Origin: Ascoidea asiatica JCM 7603
Taxonomy: Eukaryota; Fungi; Ascomycota
Reading direction: 5' to 3'
NCBI GenBank assembly: GCA_001600695.1
Contig: BCKQ01000019.1
Span: 46,278 to 86,833, forward strand
DNA: 40,556 nucleotides
A program made the translations under genes and the position numbers. Below the pieces are notes generated by a model, which was not told the DNA's origin, searched no databases, and saw only the letters and a program-made list of their open reading frames with translations. Position 1 is the stretch's first letter. Each line of letters opens with the position of its first letter. Shown piece after piece: positions 11,471-22,193 of this stretch.

Positions 11471-13511
11471 TTATGTAGATTTTCGATCTTCCCTTTTTTT
11501 ATAATATGATGATAAAGGTAGTAATGATATACTTCCTTTTCCCTTTCCAATTCCATTTCCATTTCCATTTCCATCAATGATATCTTTAACTTTATTTCCA
11601 TTTATAAATTTATTATGGGAAAAAAATATGAAAAATTTGAATATTTTTATTATACAATATACCATTAGTATAAACAATATATATCCTTTGAAACCATATT
11701 CATGAAAATAATCCATAAATGATAAAGTTTTACCATATGGAGATCTAATTAAGATTCTATTTTTGAAAATATTTTTATAATCTTTTGATAATTGATAAAA
11801 TGATAATTTTATTAAAGTTTCTCTAACTTTTATTGGTTCATTAATATTCAAAATTTCATTTAAATAATTATGAGTGAAATAATATTTACTTTCTTTTGTA
11901 TTTTTCTCAATAATTATTAATTCATTTTCTTTATATTTTAAATTTTTATTTTTATTCATTAAATGTTTATCATAATTTAAATCTTTAATAATTTTATAAT
12001 TTTCATCATTTGAAATATCAAGAAATGTGAAAATTGTTTCTTTATTATCTTCATGATCAATTTTTTCTGCATTTGCATGAATTATATCATTTGAAGATTT
12101 TTTATTTTTTTTAAGATTTAAAATTTTTTCATTTTTAATTTTTCTTTTATTAATTAAATTATTATAAATTTCATTTTTTCTATGAAATTCAAAATCATGA
12201 GCAAGTTTCGAGATTGAATTTAATGAATTTATTGTATTTAAATTATTTCTTGAATCTATAAATAAAATAACTAATTTATCTAAATTTTTATCTTTAATCA
12301 TATTAATTTTTTTAATTGAATCTTTTGTAATTTCAGTGATTAAAGAAAATGAATTTCTATAAATCCATGATAAAACATAATCAAAATCTCTTAAATCTCT
12401 TGGATCAAAATGAATTAAAGTATTTGAAATTAATGAATTATCTTTAAAACATAAAAATGTTGGAAATGATGTTAAATATTCACTTATAAATTTATCTTCA
12501 TTAAATTCAATTGAATTTGATTCATTATAATTAATATATTTTAATAAACTTTTTTGTTGAACTTCTTGTAAATGTAAAAGATTTGAATCATTTGAAATAA
12601 ATAAATTAACATTTGATAAATCCATAATTGGTTCAATTAAAAAATCTAAAAGTTCAAAATCTTCATTAGTTACAGTTTCATCTTCATAAAAAAATACAAA
12701 AGAAATTTGATTTAAATTATTTTTTTCAAAAGGTAAATTAATATAATTTTTAATTAAATCTTTTGGAAATTTTCTAATTAAATTCATTTTTAAAGATAAA
12801 TCATTTGTTGAAATTGAATTAAATTTAGAATTTTGAATTAATCTTTTTGTAAAATTTATAATTTTTTTTTTTGATTTTTGACCTTTAAATTTAATTCTAT
12901 TGCCATATGGTTTTGGTAAAATCATCATTAATTTTGGAGCAATATTTGTAAATTTTGAATTAATATTTGATAATCTTTCATAACCTAAATTTAAACAAAT
13001 TTTTGGATTTGAATGACAATTAAAATGAGCAATATCTAAATTATTATTAAAATATTGATTGAAATAAATTGATAATAAATTCCAAGATTTTTGAAATTCT
13101 TTACAAGTTGGACAATGTTTTAAATTAAAATTTGAATTTTTTATATTATTAATATTTTTAAATTTATTATCAGTAGTTGGCCAAAAAGAAATAAAAATTG
13201 GATTACCAGAAGGATTATTACCATTTAAAACATTTAAAAAATCATAAGTATATAATAATTTTGATTTTGATTTTATTAAATTATTTAAATTTTTTAAATC
13301 ATTATAATTATTATATTGTAAAGAAGATTCTTTTAAAAATTTAATTAAATGATCTGATTTCATAAAATTATAATCATTTGGAAAATTAGATATATGAATA
13401 CCATTATTATATAAAGATAAAGTTGGAAATGAATTAATTAAATGATTTTTACATAAATTTGAATTTTCAACACAATTAACTTGATGCATATAAATATTAT
13501 AATTATCAACA

Positions 13512-13542
<31 letters not shown>

Positions 13543-13924
13543 GATTGGATTTGAGTGAATTTATTGAAGAGGAATAATAAAAAGAATTGTAAACATTTTT
13601 CCAAATAGGAGCAAATTGTTTACAATGTGCACAATATGGAGAATAGAATTCAATTAAATGTAAACCATCAGAAATGATTGAATCAAAGTTTTTGATTGTT
13701 AAAGAAGGTGGTAATTCATTATTTTGAATTTGATCTATACTTGGACTAAGTTGATTGTTGTCGTTATTGTCATTGGAAGTATCATCATTGGAATTTGTAT
13801 TCTCATTAGTAGTAATATCATTGGCAATTGAATTATCATTGGTTTTGAGATTATCATCAATTGATGAAGAATTTATAAGATAGATAAAAACAAAGAGATA
13901 TATAAAAGATTGAAAGATGAGCAT
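11471..13924 (-). CDS. EPS1: ER membrane-anchored thioredoxin/PDI-family protein (Eps1-like)
   Basis: Signal peptide, 'IEFYSPYCAHCKQFAPIW' thioredoxin site, second CPTC motif, C-terminal TM helix and basic tail. Confidence 0.8.
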
Positions 13925-14243
13925 AATAAGTCTTTAAAGAGCGATTGAATTGAATGGAAGTATCCAGGATTGGGACTATTGATCATTTACCATTGGATTG
14001 AATCGAAGCTATTTCATTAATGGTTTAATTCTTTTCTTTTTTATTGATGATTAATTAATTGATTAAATAGTTCTTCATTCTTTATTCTTTATTCTTTATT
14101 CTTCATTGTTGTTCTTTCTTCTTTCTTCAGTTGTATTTGTTTGCCTTCCTTCGGCGCTCTCTCAGATATTGATGTTGTTACAGTTAAGCCTTACACTAAC
14201 GGTAACTCAGTAAGTTAACAAAATTAAGCACCGTGCAATAGTG

Positions 14244-14288
<45 letters not shown>
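14244..14288. repeat. (AAT)n microsatellite, about 15 units
   Basis: Perfect ATA/AAT run seen directly. Confidence 0.9.
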
Positions 14289-14479
14289 TCAGTATCAATA
14301 ATATCAATAGTGGATCAACTATTATTTCATAATCAATCAATGCTATTCTTTTTAATCTACAGTTTGAAATGTTTATTAAAGTCAAGTAAATATATATTCT
14401 GCAAATGATAAATTTAAAAAGTTAATGGTTTTCAAAATATGTAAGGAAATTGTAAATCAAATAGCTAATAAAGACTACT

Positions 14480-15414
14480 TCAACATATTTTCTTTTTGAG
14501 CTTCTTCGTTGAATAATTATTCATTTCATTGATTGTTTCTACAGATAATGCTTTACTTAATTCTTCAGTTGCTTTTCTTTTACAAATTGACTTATCATTT
14601 GATTTATTAACTAATTCATTTTCAATTTCTATATCTATTAGATCACTGACACATAATTCTGTTCCAAGAACTTGATTTGTATTTCCAATTTCTATACTAT
14701 CATTGTTTCATAACTATTAAACATTTTTTCATAAACATAAACTGTATCATTGGAAACAATTTCAATGTTTTTATTAATGAAATAGTTTGAATCATATGAA
14801 TCACCATTTTTTTATCAAAATCTCTTTATTAATAGGTTTGAAACAACCAACACCAACACTGATTAAAATAACAATTAAATAATTTGTAAAAGAATCATTA
14901 ATATTTGTATTAATATCATTTTCATTTATACTTAACTTCTCAATTTTACAAATAACATTTTTTAAACTCATTTTATTATTTAATTCTACTATTGTACTAT
15001 GATAATATTTTTCAACAGCTTTAGGTTCTTTACGAGAGAAATCAATTAATTCCTCAAAATATGGTCTTTTCACTCCATATTTTCAATATCTTCAAACGTT
15101 GATAATGTAAGTGGAGATTTTTCAGCTAATAAACTTAATAAATCTTGAGTAAAAGATGATATATCATTGTTATTATCTTTATTTATATTTGAGAACTTTA
15201 TTCCATATTTGTTTTTCTCTTGAAATACCTAGAGATAATTGATTATTTTTTGATTTATTCAATAATTCACACATTCCCTTTTGATAATTTTAAAATGTCA
15301 TTCTTGAAGGTTTAGAATAATTTTTAAGATTGAAGATAAAATTTTAGTAGAATTATCATAATAACTAAATGGTATTTTATTAAATTTAGTAATATATTCT
15401 TTAATTTCATTATA
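14480..15414 (-). pseudogene. Degraded gene of unknown family (about 300 codons, several frameshifts and a stop)
   Basis: Consecutive coding-like minus-strand segments in alternating frames with host codon bias. Includes track ORF 14801-15073 and ends ...KRKATEELSK...STKKLKKKIC-TGA at 14480. Confidence 0.55.
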
Positions 15415-15745
15415 TCAATATATCATTAATATATTACAATTATTAATACGAAGGTAGGTACCATTGATATTCTTGTTATTGTCGAATGTAGCCAGAAAAG
15501 TAAACCAACAAGTGGAGAATGAAGAAGCGCCGCAGTTCTGGCTTTGGAAAGAAAGATTTAAAAACAAAAGAAAGCTTTTAACAAAAAGGAAATTGGTGAA
15601 GCAAAATGATCCATTTCCATTTGCAATTGCATTTATGGCCATTTATATTTGAATGAAGAAATACAGTATTGTATTCCACTCTCAACATATGTATATATAC
15701 TGTATATATATATATACAAGAAAATATTAAATGTTATGATTAGAG

Positions 15746-17467
15746 ATGGTTACTCAAGGTGGTGATAGAAGAAGAAGATTATTTAGAGATGCTCATGGTA
15801 CAAAAGTAAGCAATTTTGATCGGAATGATAATGATGATTATTATTTGTCTTCTGATCCTGATAGAGAAGAAGGTTATGATAGATTTAAACTTAGATCAAA
15901 AACCAGATCTAGTTCCAGAAAGAATACGTATAACCATTCTTCAGTGATTGAAATAAGTTCATCTGATTCAGAAAATTCAAATTCAAATTCAAATTCAAAT
16001 TCAAAATCAAAATCAAAAGAGAAAAAGAAAAAAAGAAAATTAAATTCACAAGATTCCATTGACAGTAATGATGATAGTGATAAAAGTGAAAGAAGAAAAA
16101 CTAAAAAACGAAAAAGTTTATCAACAAGTTATAGAACTAAAGGTGAAAGATGGACACTGAAAGAAAAAGAAAGTGCAAGAAGGAAAAGAGATTTAATTGA
16201 ATTAAGAAAATTAAATACAAAAAAATTTAATCCTATTTTAGATTCAAATTCAGATTTAAATTCATATTCAAGTTCTGAATATGAGTCTGATTCAATCCAA
16301 GATTCAATCCAAGATTCAGATTCAGATTCAGATTCAGATTCAAAATCAAAATCAAAGTCAAAGTCAAAGTCAAAGTCAAAGTCAAAGTCAAAGTCAAAGT
16401 CAAAATCAAAGGGAACTTCAAAATCAGAGGGAACTTCAAATCTTCTTTCGGATTTAACTTCAGAATCAGAATATATAAAAGAAGAAGATTTTTATAAACA
16501 AAAATTAGATAAAAATGATAATATTTTAATAACTGGATTAAAATTAAATAAAAATAAAACTTCAAATTTATTAAAAATTTCTAAAAAAAATAAAGAAATT
16601 AGTCCAGAATTAAAAGCAGAAAGAGCAAGATTAAATAAATTACATTATTTAAAGAAAAAAAAAAAAGAGAAAAAAAAGAGAAAAAAAGAAGAAAAAAAAG
16701 AAGAAATAAAAGAAGAAATAAAAACAGATAAATTAGAAAAAAAGAGACAAGAAGAAATGGAGAAAAAAGATGAAGAGGTAATTGAAATATTATCAACTGA
16801 TAGTGAAATGGAGAAAGAAAAAATCAATGATTTAGATAAACACCCAATTTATATTTCCGATAATGAAGAAATTCCATTTAAATCACCTTCACCACCAGTA
16901 TCTAAAAATCCAAAATCTTTAAGTTTACAATATAAACCAAATTCTCAACTTATTTATGATCTAGATAATATATCTTTAGATCTAAGAACTTTATTAAATC
17001 ATAAACCAATTACCAAATTTATTTTCAAAAAAGTTTTAAAAATTTTTAATGATTTATTATTATATCCAAAATTTTTATTAACTAAAAAAATTGTTTATGG
17101 ATTAAAATTAAAGAAAACTTTAAGTTTTTTTTTCAATAATCCAGTAATTATAAATTCCAAATATTTTGAACTTTTTCATTTAGTTGAATATAAAATTCGT
17201 TTAGATTATTTATTTGAATTTATACAGAAAAGAAAAACTATTAAGTATAATAATATTAACCAAGAAAAAGATATTCAGATAAATCCTAAAGAAACTAAGA
17301 TGATTTTAAATAAAGAAGCTGATGATAAAGTTGAATCACAGGAAAATGATAGACCTTTTACTATATATCATAATCCAGATGACTTAAAAGATGAAGTAAT
17401 TCTGGTTCATGATGAAAGTGACAGTCCTAAATTGAAGTTAGATTCAGATCCTCTTTTCGTGTCTTAG
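15746..17467 (+). CDS. Uncharacterised low-complexity Ser/Lys/Asp-rich, probably nuclear protein
   Basis: 573-aa ATG-initiated ORF with host codon usage, SN/SD/SK dipeptide repeats, basic clusters and a roughly 95-aa helical-looking C-terminal domain. Confidence 0.75.
   Translation: MVTQGGDRRRRLFRDAHGTKVSNFDRNDNDDYYLSSDPDREEGYDRFKLRSKTRSSSRKNTYNHSSVIEISSSDSENSNSNSNSNSKSKSKEKKKKRKLNSQDSIDSNDDSDKSERRKTKKRKSLSTSYRTKGERWTLKEKESARRKRDLIELRKLNTKKFNPILDSNSDLNSYSSSEYESDSIQDSIQDSDSDSDSDSKSKSKSKSKSKSKSKSKSKSKSKGTSKSEGTSNLLSDLTSESEYIKEEDFYKQKLDKNDNILITGLKLNKNKTSNLLKISKKNKEISPELKAERARLNKLHYLKKKKKEKKKRKKEEKKEEIKEEIKTDKLEKKRQEEMEKKDEEVIEILSTDSEMEKEKINDLDKHPIYISDNEEIPFKSPSPPVSKNPKSLSLQYKPNSQLIYDLDNISLDLRTLLNHKPITKFIFKKVLKIFNDLLLYPKFLLTKKIVYGLKLKKTLSFFFNNPVIINSKYFELFHLVEYKIRLDYLFEFIQKRKTIKYNNINQEKDIQINPKETKMILNKEADDKVESQENDRPFTIYHNPDDLKDEVILVHDESDSPKLKLDSDPLFVS
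16317..16410 (+). repeat. Coding hexanucleotide repeats (TCAGAT)n then (TCAAAR)n encoding (SD)n(SK)n
   Basis: Seen directly within the 573-aa ORF. Confidence 0.85.
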
Positions 17468-17808
17468 TGAGAGTTTTCAACTTCGTTTATCTAAATTATT
17501 GGACTATGTTTTGTTGACCTATGTTTTATGGACTTATGTATTTTTATTATTTATATGATTTGTATTATTAGTATTGTTGATATTGTTAATGTCATTATTT
17601 GCATTGTTTGCAAGAGAATTAAATCCGAGAATAGAAAGAATATGGGACTGGAAGTGATACATACCCGGACAATAAACAATTCTAGGACAAACAGCTTAAA
17701 AGTAACAGTCTTAGGACAGTGGCATCACATGACTGTAAATAAATTAGAAAGACCCAAATAAAAATTCTTTTTTTTAGAAAACATAGGATAATTAAATAAA
17801 GAATTTTT

Positions 17809-17903
17809 GGTCCTGTGGCTCAATGGCAAAGCGTCTGACTACGAAAGCTTTTCACAAAATACAAGTTTGAGGTTATTAGGAGATTCGACCCCTGGCAGGA
17901 TCG
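17809..17903 (+). tRNA. tRNA-Arg(ACG) with a 30-nt intron and a T-arm deletion (probable pseudo-tRNA)
   Basis: Acceptor GGTCCTG/CAGGATC+G, A-box TGGCTCAATGG, anticodon arm TCTGA-CT-ACG-A, intron 17845-17874, then A-TTAGG-AGATT-CGACC-CCTGG. The CCAGGTT needed to pair with CCTGG is missing. Confidence 0.85.
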
Positions 17904-17909
17904 CAATTC

Positions 17910-17916
17910 TTTTTTT
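17910..17916 (+). terminator. RNA Pol III oligo-T terminator
   Basis: T7 run 6 nt after the tRNA discriminator. Confidence 0.7.
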
Positions 17917-18082
17917 ATTTCAAATTACTTTAGTATTGTAATATTTTTGTTCTTATCATTCATTATTTTATTTGATATAAAAAGCATATGAGAATTATAA
18001 ATACAGTAGTTTGAAGGAATAAAGTCATGAAATATTAATCTATTGAATATCAAGTACATTTATAGTGTTTAATGTTTATTAA

Positions 18083-20284
18083 TCAAAGTTTGTCTAATGC
18101 AACATCTCCATATCTATTCTTAAATAATCCAAGAGCTTTAATTGGAAAAAGGAATTTATAATTTGGATATTCAATAGCACAAGAATGATTAAAAACTCCT
18201 TCAATTCCATCTGTTAACCATTCACCTGTTTTTAATTGTTTTTTCATAATAAATTCAATACCTCTTTTAATTGGTTTTATATCTGGATATTCTGCTAAAA
18301 TTAATCCAATTATTGACCATGATGTTTGAACTATTAAACTTTCTTTACTTTCAACATATTCATGAGTCTCACAACTTTTCATAGATTCTGACCATCCATC
18401 ATCTTTTTTTTGTTTACTTATAAGAAAATCACATCCCATTTTAACATTTTTATCATTTGAATAAAATTTATCAACTGTACTTAATGCTTCAAGTGCAAAC
18501 ATACCTGCATAAGTAAAACAAACTCCCCATGATCCATACCATGATCCATCTTCTCTTTGATTTTTAATTATATAATTTATTGCTTGTTCTATTGCAAAAT
18601 TTATTTCTTTTTCTTTATAATTATAATATTTTTTAAAATATGTTAATCCTAAAACTGCAGAATCTGTACATTCAATATATGGATATTCAACCATAATATT
18701 ACCAAAAACTTCTGCAGGATTAATTAATTCTAATAATGGTGTTGAACGAATTTTTTCATATGTTGAAAATGATCCATATTCAAAATTACCTAAATTTTGT
18801 AATGATAAAAGTATATCAATACTTGGATATAATTTTTCTATTGGCATAAGATTTGAATATTTTTTAAAATTTTTATGATTTTGTACCATAATTATAGCTT
18901 TCATTGCCTCTGCTGTACAATCACTAACTGTATATCCTTGAGTTTTTGTTGAAAATGGCCATCCACCAATACGTTTATCTCTAAATGATCCTTTAATACA
19001 ATCTTCTGTAAATTGAGATTTAATTAAAAATTTATAACCTCTTAAAATCACTTCATGGAATTCTTCAATATCTCCAAATCCAATTAATAAAAAATATTGA
19101 ATTGAAAATGCTGTATCCCAAACTTGAGATCCATTTGTACCCATTACTGTCATACCTAATGGTCCTAAAAATAAAATATCTTTAAAACCTTCAAGATTTT
19201 CTTTATATAATTTTGAATTTTTATCTTTATTATTTTCTAAAAATGAAACAATTGAATTAAATGCATAATTTACCGGTGCTATACATAAACCTCCTGTATT
19301 ATAATATTCTTTTAAAATTAATTTATAAATATTTTTATTAAGATATTTAAGTAAAAAATTTGGTCTTAAATAATTTTCATAAATAGAAATTAAATCATTT
19401 GAAAAATTTAAAAATTTAGTATGTGGATAATATAAATCAACATTACAAACATTATTTTTATTTTTAACAAAATTAATTTTTTCATAATCTTCAGTAAAAA
19501 TTTCTGATCGAATTTTTAAAATTAATGGATCTATATCACATTGAACTTTATAAGTTGATAAATAACTTAAAGGTAAATAAATTGCTCTTGTATGAACCCA
19601 CCATTTACCAGGATGTAAAGGATTAAAATTATAAGGTAATTTCCATAATTCTGGTGGTGCTGGATTTATACCTTCCCATTTATAAAGATTTAAAATAGCT
19701 AACCAACATTTACCCCAATGAGGATTACCAATAGCACCACCTAATTTAATTAACAATTTTCTTGCTCTTATACATGAAGGATGATTTGAATCTAAACCAA
19801 GTAATCTAAGAGAAATATATTGAATTGAAGTACCAAAACATGTTGATTTATCACCATTAAATAAACCCCATCCACCATCAATTGGATGAGCTGTATTAAT
19901 AATATATCTAATTAATTCAATTTTTATAGGATTTGGAATTTCAGTTTTTGTAAAATATGAAAAGACAATATATCCAATTGTCATAAACATTGGACCTTTA
20001 TACTGAATTGGAAATATTCCACATGGTTCTTGAAGTCTTTTAAAAAATCGTAAGCCATGAATTGCTGCTTCATATGGAGTTCTAGATAAGTTATCTTCAA
20101 ATAAAGGATCTCTATTAAAACTTGGAAGATTTAAAAGATATTTAACATATTCAGATTGTGGATCATTTTTGGATTCTTCTTCTGATAGATAATACCATTT
20201 TTCTGCACCTAAATCAGATACTCTTAATCTCCATCTGTTAAAATCAGTTTGTGGAAGATTGATTTGCTCCGAATAATAAACCAT
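18083..20284 (-). CDS. ERG7: Lanosterol synthase (oxidosqualene cyclase)
   Basis: 733 aa with VSDCTAE catalytic motif, QW repeats (QREDGSWYGSWG, QKKDDGW) and MGTNGSQVWD. Confidence 0.97.
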   Translation of the reverse strand: MVYYSEQINLPQTDFNRWRLRVSDLGAEKWYYLSEEESKNDPQSEYVKYLLNLPSFNRDPLFEDNLSRTPYEAAIHGLRFFKRLQEPCGIFPIQYKGPMFMTIGYIVFSYFTKTEIPNPIKIELIRYIINTAHPIDGGWGLFNGDKSTCFGTSIQYISLRLLGLDSNHPSCIRARKLLIKLGGAIGNPHWGKCWLAILNLYKWEGINPAPPELWKLPYNFNPLHPGKWWVHTRAIYLPLSYLSTYKVQCDIDPLILKIRSEIFTEDYEKINFVKNKNNVCNVDLYYPHTKFLNFSNDLISIYENYLRPNFLLKYLNKNIYKLILKEYYNTGGLCIAPVNYAFNSIVSFLENNKDKNSKLYKENLEGFKDILFLGPLGMTVMGTNGSQVWDTAFSIQYFLLIGFGDIEEFHEVILRGYKFLIKSQFTEDCIKGSFRDKRIGGWPFSTKTQGYTVSDCTAEAMKAIIMVQNHKNFKKYSNLMPIEKLYPSIDILLSLQNLGNFEYGSFSTYEKIRSTPLLELINPAEVFGNIMVEYPYIECTDSAVLGLTYFKKYYNYKEKEINFAIEQAINYIIKNQREDGSWYGSWGVCFTYAGMFALEALSTVDKFYSNDKNVKMGCDFLISKQKKDDGWSESMKSCETHEYVESKESLIVQTSWSIIGLILAEYPDIKPIKRGIEFIMKKQLKTGEWLTDGIEGVFNHSCAIEYPNYKFLFPIKALGLFKNRYGDVALDKL

Positions 20285-20471
20285 TTTCCAAGTAATTAAA
20301 AATTATACCAAAATTCAAAAAAAAAAAATTCAGAATAACTGTGATTGAAATTAAAAGTTATTTCTCATATAATTTATATGTTTTATACATTTTATGTATT
20401 CTTGATATTACAGGCCAATACTCTCTATGTATATTTTATGTTTCGATTAAATATATTTAAACGGGTCAGCC

Positions 20472-20478
20472 TCGTATA
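20472..20478 (+). promoter_or_regulatory. Sterol regulatory element TCGTATA (Upc2/Ecm22-type)
   Basis: Exact heptamer about 190 bp upstream of the ERG7 ATG. Confidence 0.65.
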
Positions 20479-20723
20479 AATTTTCCTCGGAGCGAAAAAA
20501 TAAAACCCACATAACTGGCGACGCTCTAATAATTTCATTTTGCGCGCGATGTACTAGGCGGTATCTTTAACATAATTATACACATAAAAACATTATACCC
20601 ACTATTTTGAAAATTATATTTAGTCACGCATGCTTAAGTAATTATATTTAAAAGTTTTCTACTCACAAATCCTGCACGAAATTTTTTTTTTTTCAGTTTC
20701 AATTTATTTCAATTTTCTTTTCA

Positions 20724-20734
20724 TGAAAAATTTT
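20724..20734 (+). promoter_or_regulatory. RRPE element TGAAAAATTTT
   Basis: Exact ribosome-biogenesis motif about 420 bp upstream of NOP1. Confidence 0.6.
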
Positions 20735-21149
20735 AAAATATAGACAAAAATTTAAGATTTTGTAATTGTATTCTTGAAAGGTTTTGGTTTTTAGAATTAA
20801 ATTGAATTATATTACTTTGAATTGAATTGAATTAAATTTATAATAAGAATAATCTGATTAATAATTAATATCAATATCAAATAATCAAACAAATAGAAGT
20901 AAATTGAAAAGTTATTAAATTTAGTGAAACTTTGTTCAGTTTTTTAAATCTTTTATTAACATTTCAAAATATAATCAAAATAATAAATTTTTATCATTAG
21001 AATCTTATTAGAATATATATTGGTAGATAATTATAGAATTTTTATTAAGAATCATTAATCAACGATTTTAAAGAAAATCATTAAAAAAAAAAATTAATAT
21101 TTTCAATATTAATAACAACAATAATAACAATAATAACTAATAATAACTA

Positions 21150-22193
21150 ATGGCTTTTGGTGATAGAGGAGGCCGTGGCGGTGGCTTCGGTGGCCGTGGA
21201 GGATCCAGAGGTGGATTTGGCGACAGAGGTGGTCGTGGAGGATCAAGAGGTGGATCCAGAGGTGGCTTCGGTGACAGAGGAGGTCGTGGAGGCTTCGGTG
21301 GTCGTGGTGGATCAAGAGGAGGTCGTGGTGGCTTCGGTGGTCGTGGAGGATCAAGAGGTGGATTTGGTGACAGAGGTGGTCGTGGTGGATCCAGAGGAGG
21401 ATCTAGAGGTGGCCGTGGTGGATCTAGAGGAGGTCGTGGTGGAGCCAGAGGTGGTTCTGCTGCTGCAAAAGTTGTAATAGAACCTCATCGTCATGCTGGT
21501 GTATTCATTGCAAGAGGTAAAGAAGATTTATTAGTAACTAAAAATTTTGCTCCTGGTGAAAGTGTATATGGTGAAAAAAGAATACAGGTTGAAGTTCCTT
21601 CAAAAGAAGAAGGAGTTCCTCCAACTAAAATTGAATACAGAGTTTGGAATCCATTTAGATCAAAATTGGCTGCAGGTATTATGGGTGGTTTAGATGAATT
21701 ATTTATTGCACCAGGTAAAAAAATTTTATATTTAGGTGCTGCCTCAGGTACTTCAGTATCTCATGTATCAGATATTGTTGGTCCAGAAGGAATTGTTTAT
21801 GCAGTTGAGTTTGCTCATAGACCAGGAAGAGAATTAATTAATATGGCTAAAAAAAGACCAAATATTATACCAATTATTGAAGATGCTCGTCATCCTCAGA
21901 AATATAGAATGTTAATGGGAATGGTAGATGCAGTATTTGCAGATGTTGCACAACCTGATCAAGCTCGTATTATTGCCTTAAATTCTCATTTATTTTTAAA
22001 AGATCAAGGTGGAGTAATAATTTCAATTAAAGCAAATTGTATTGATTCAACTGTTGATGCAGAAACTGTTTTTGCTCGAGAAGTTACTAAATTAAGAGAA
22101 GAACGTATAAAACCTTTAGAACAACTTACCTTAGAACCATATGAAAGAGACCATTGTATAGTTGTTGGAAGATATATGCGTAGTGGATTATAA
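21150..22193 (+). CDS. NOP1: Fibrillarin, box C/D snoRNP 2'-O-methyltransferase
   Basis: About 100-aa RGG/GAR repeat N-terminus, [30 protein letters not shown] and [12 protein letters not shown]. Confidence 0.98.
   Translation: MAFGDRGGRGGGFGGRGGSRGGFGDRGGRGGSRGGSRGGFGDRGGRGGFGGRGGSRGGRGGFGGRGGSRGGFGDRGGRGGSRGGSRGGRGGSRGGRGGARGGSAAAKVVIEPHRHAGVFIARGKEDLLVTKNFAPGESVYGEKRIQVEVPSKEEGVPPTKIEYRVWNPFRSKLAAGIMGGLDELFIAPGKKILYLGAASGTSVSHVSDIVGPEGIVYAVEFAHRPGRELINMAKKRPNIIPIIEDARHPQKYRMLMGMVDAVFADVAQPDQARIIALNSHLFLKDQGGVIISIKANCIDSTVDAETVFAREVTKLREERIKPLEQLTLEPYERDHCIVVGRYMRSGL

Noticed and set aside
15070-15642. Frame punctuated by TGA codons, suggesting a mitochondrial-code insert (TGA=Trp)
   Set aside because: The frame also contains TAG, the better codon bias switches frames, and no mitochondrial protein is recognisable.
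15874-16827. Several minus-strand ORFs of 60-110 aa
   Set aside because: Antisense shadows of repeats in the 573-aa ORF; the same applies to small ORFs inside PMR1, MCM4, SLA1, the MFS gene, the TF and GH5.
21109-21477. Alternative-frame and antisense ORFs over the NOP1 5' end
   Set aside because: Stop-free shadows of the RGG-coding repeat.
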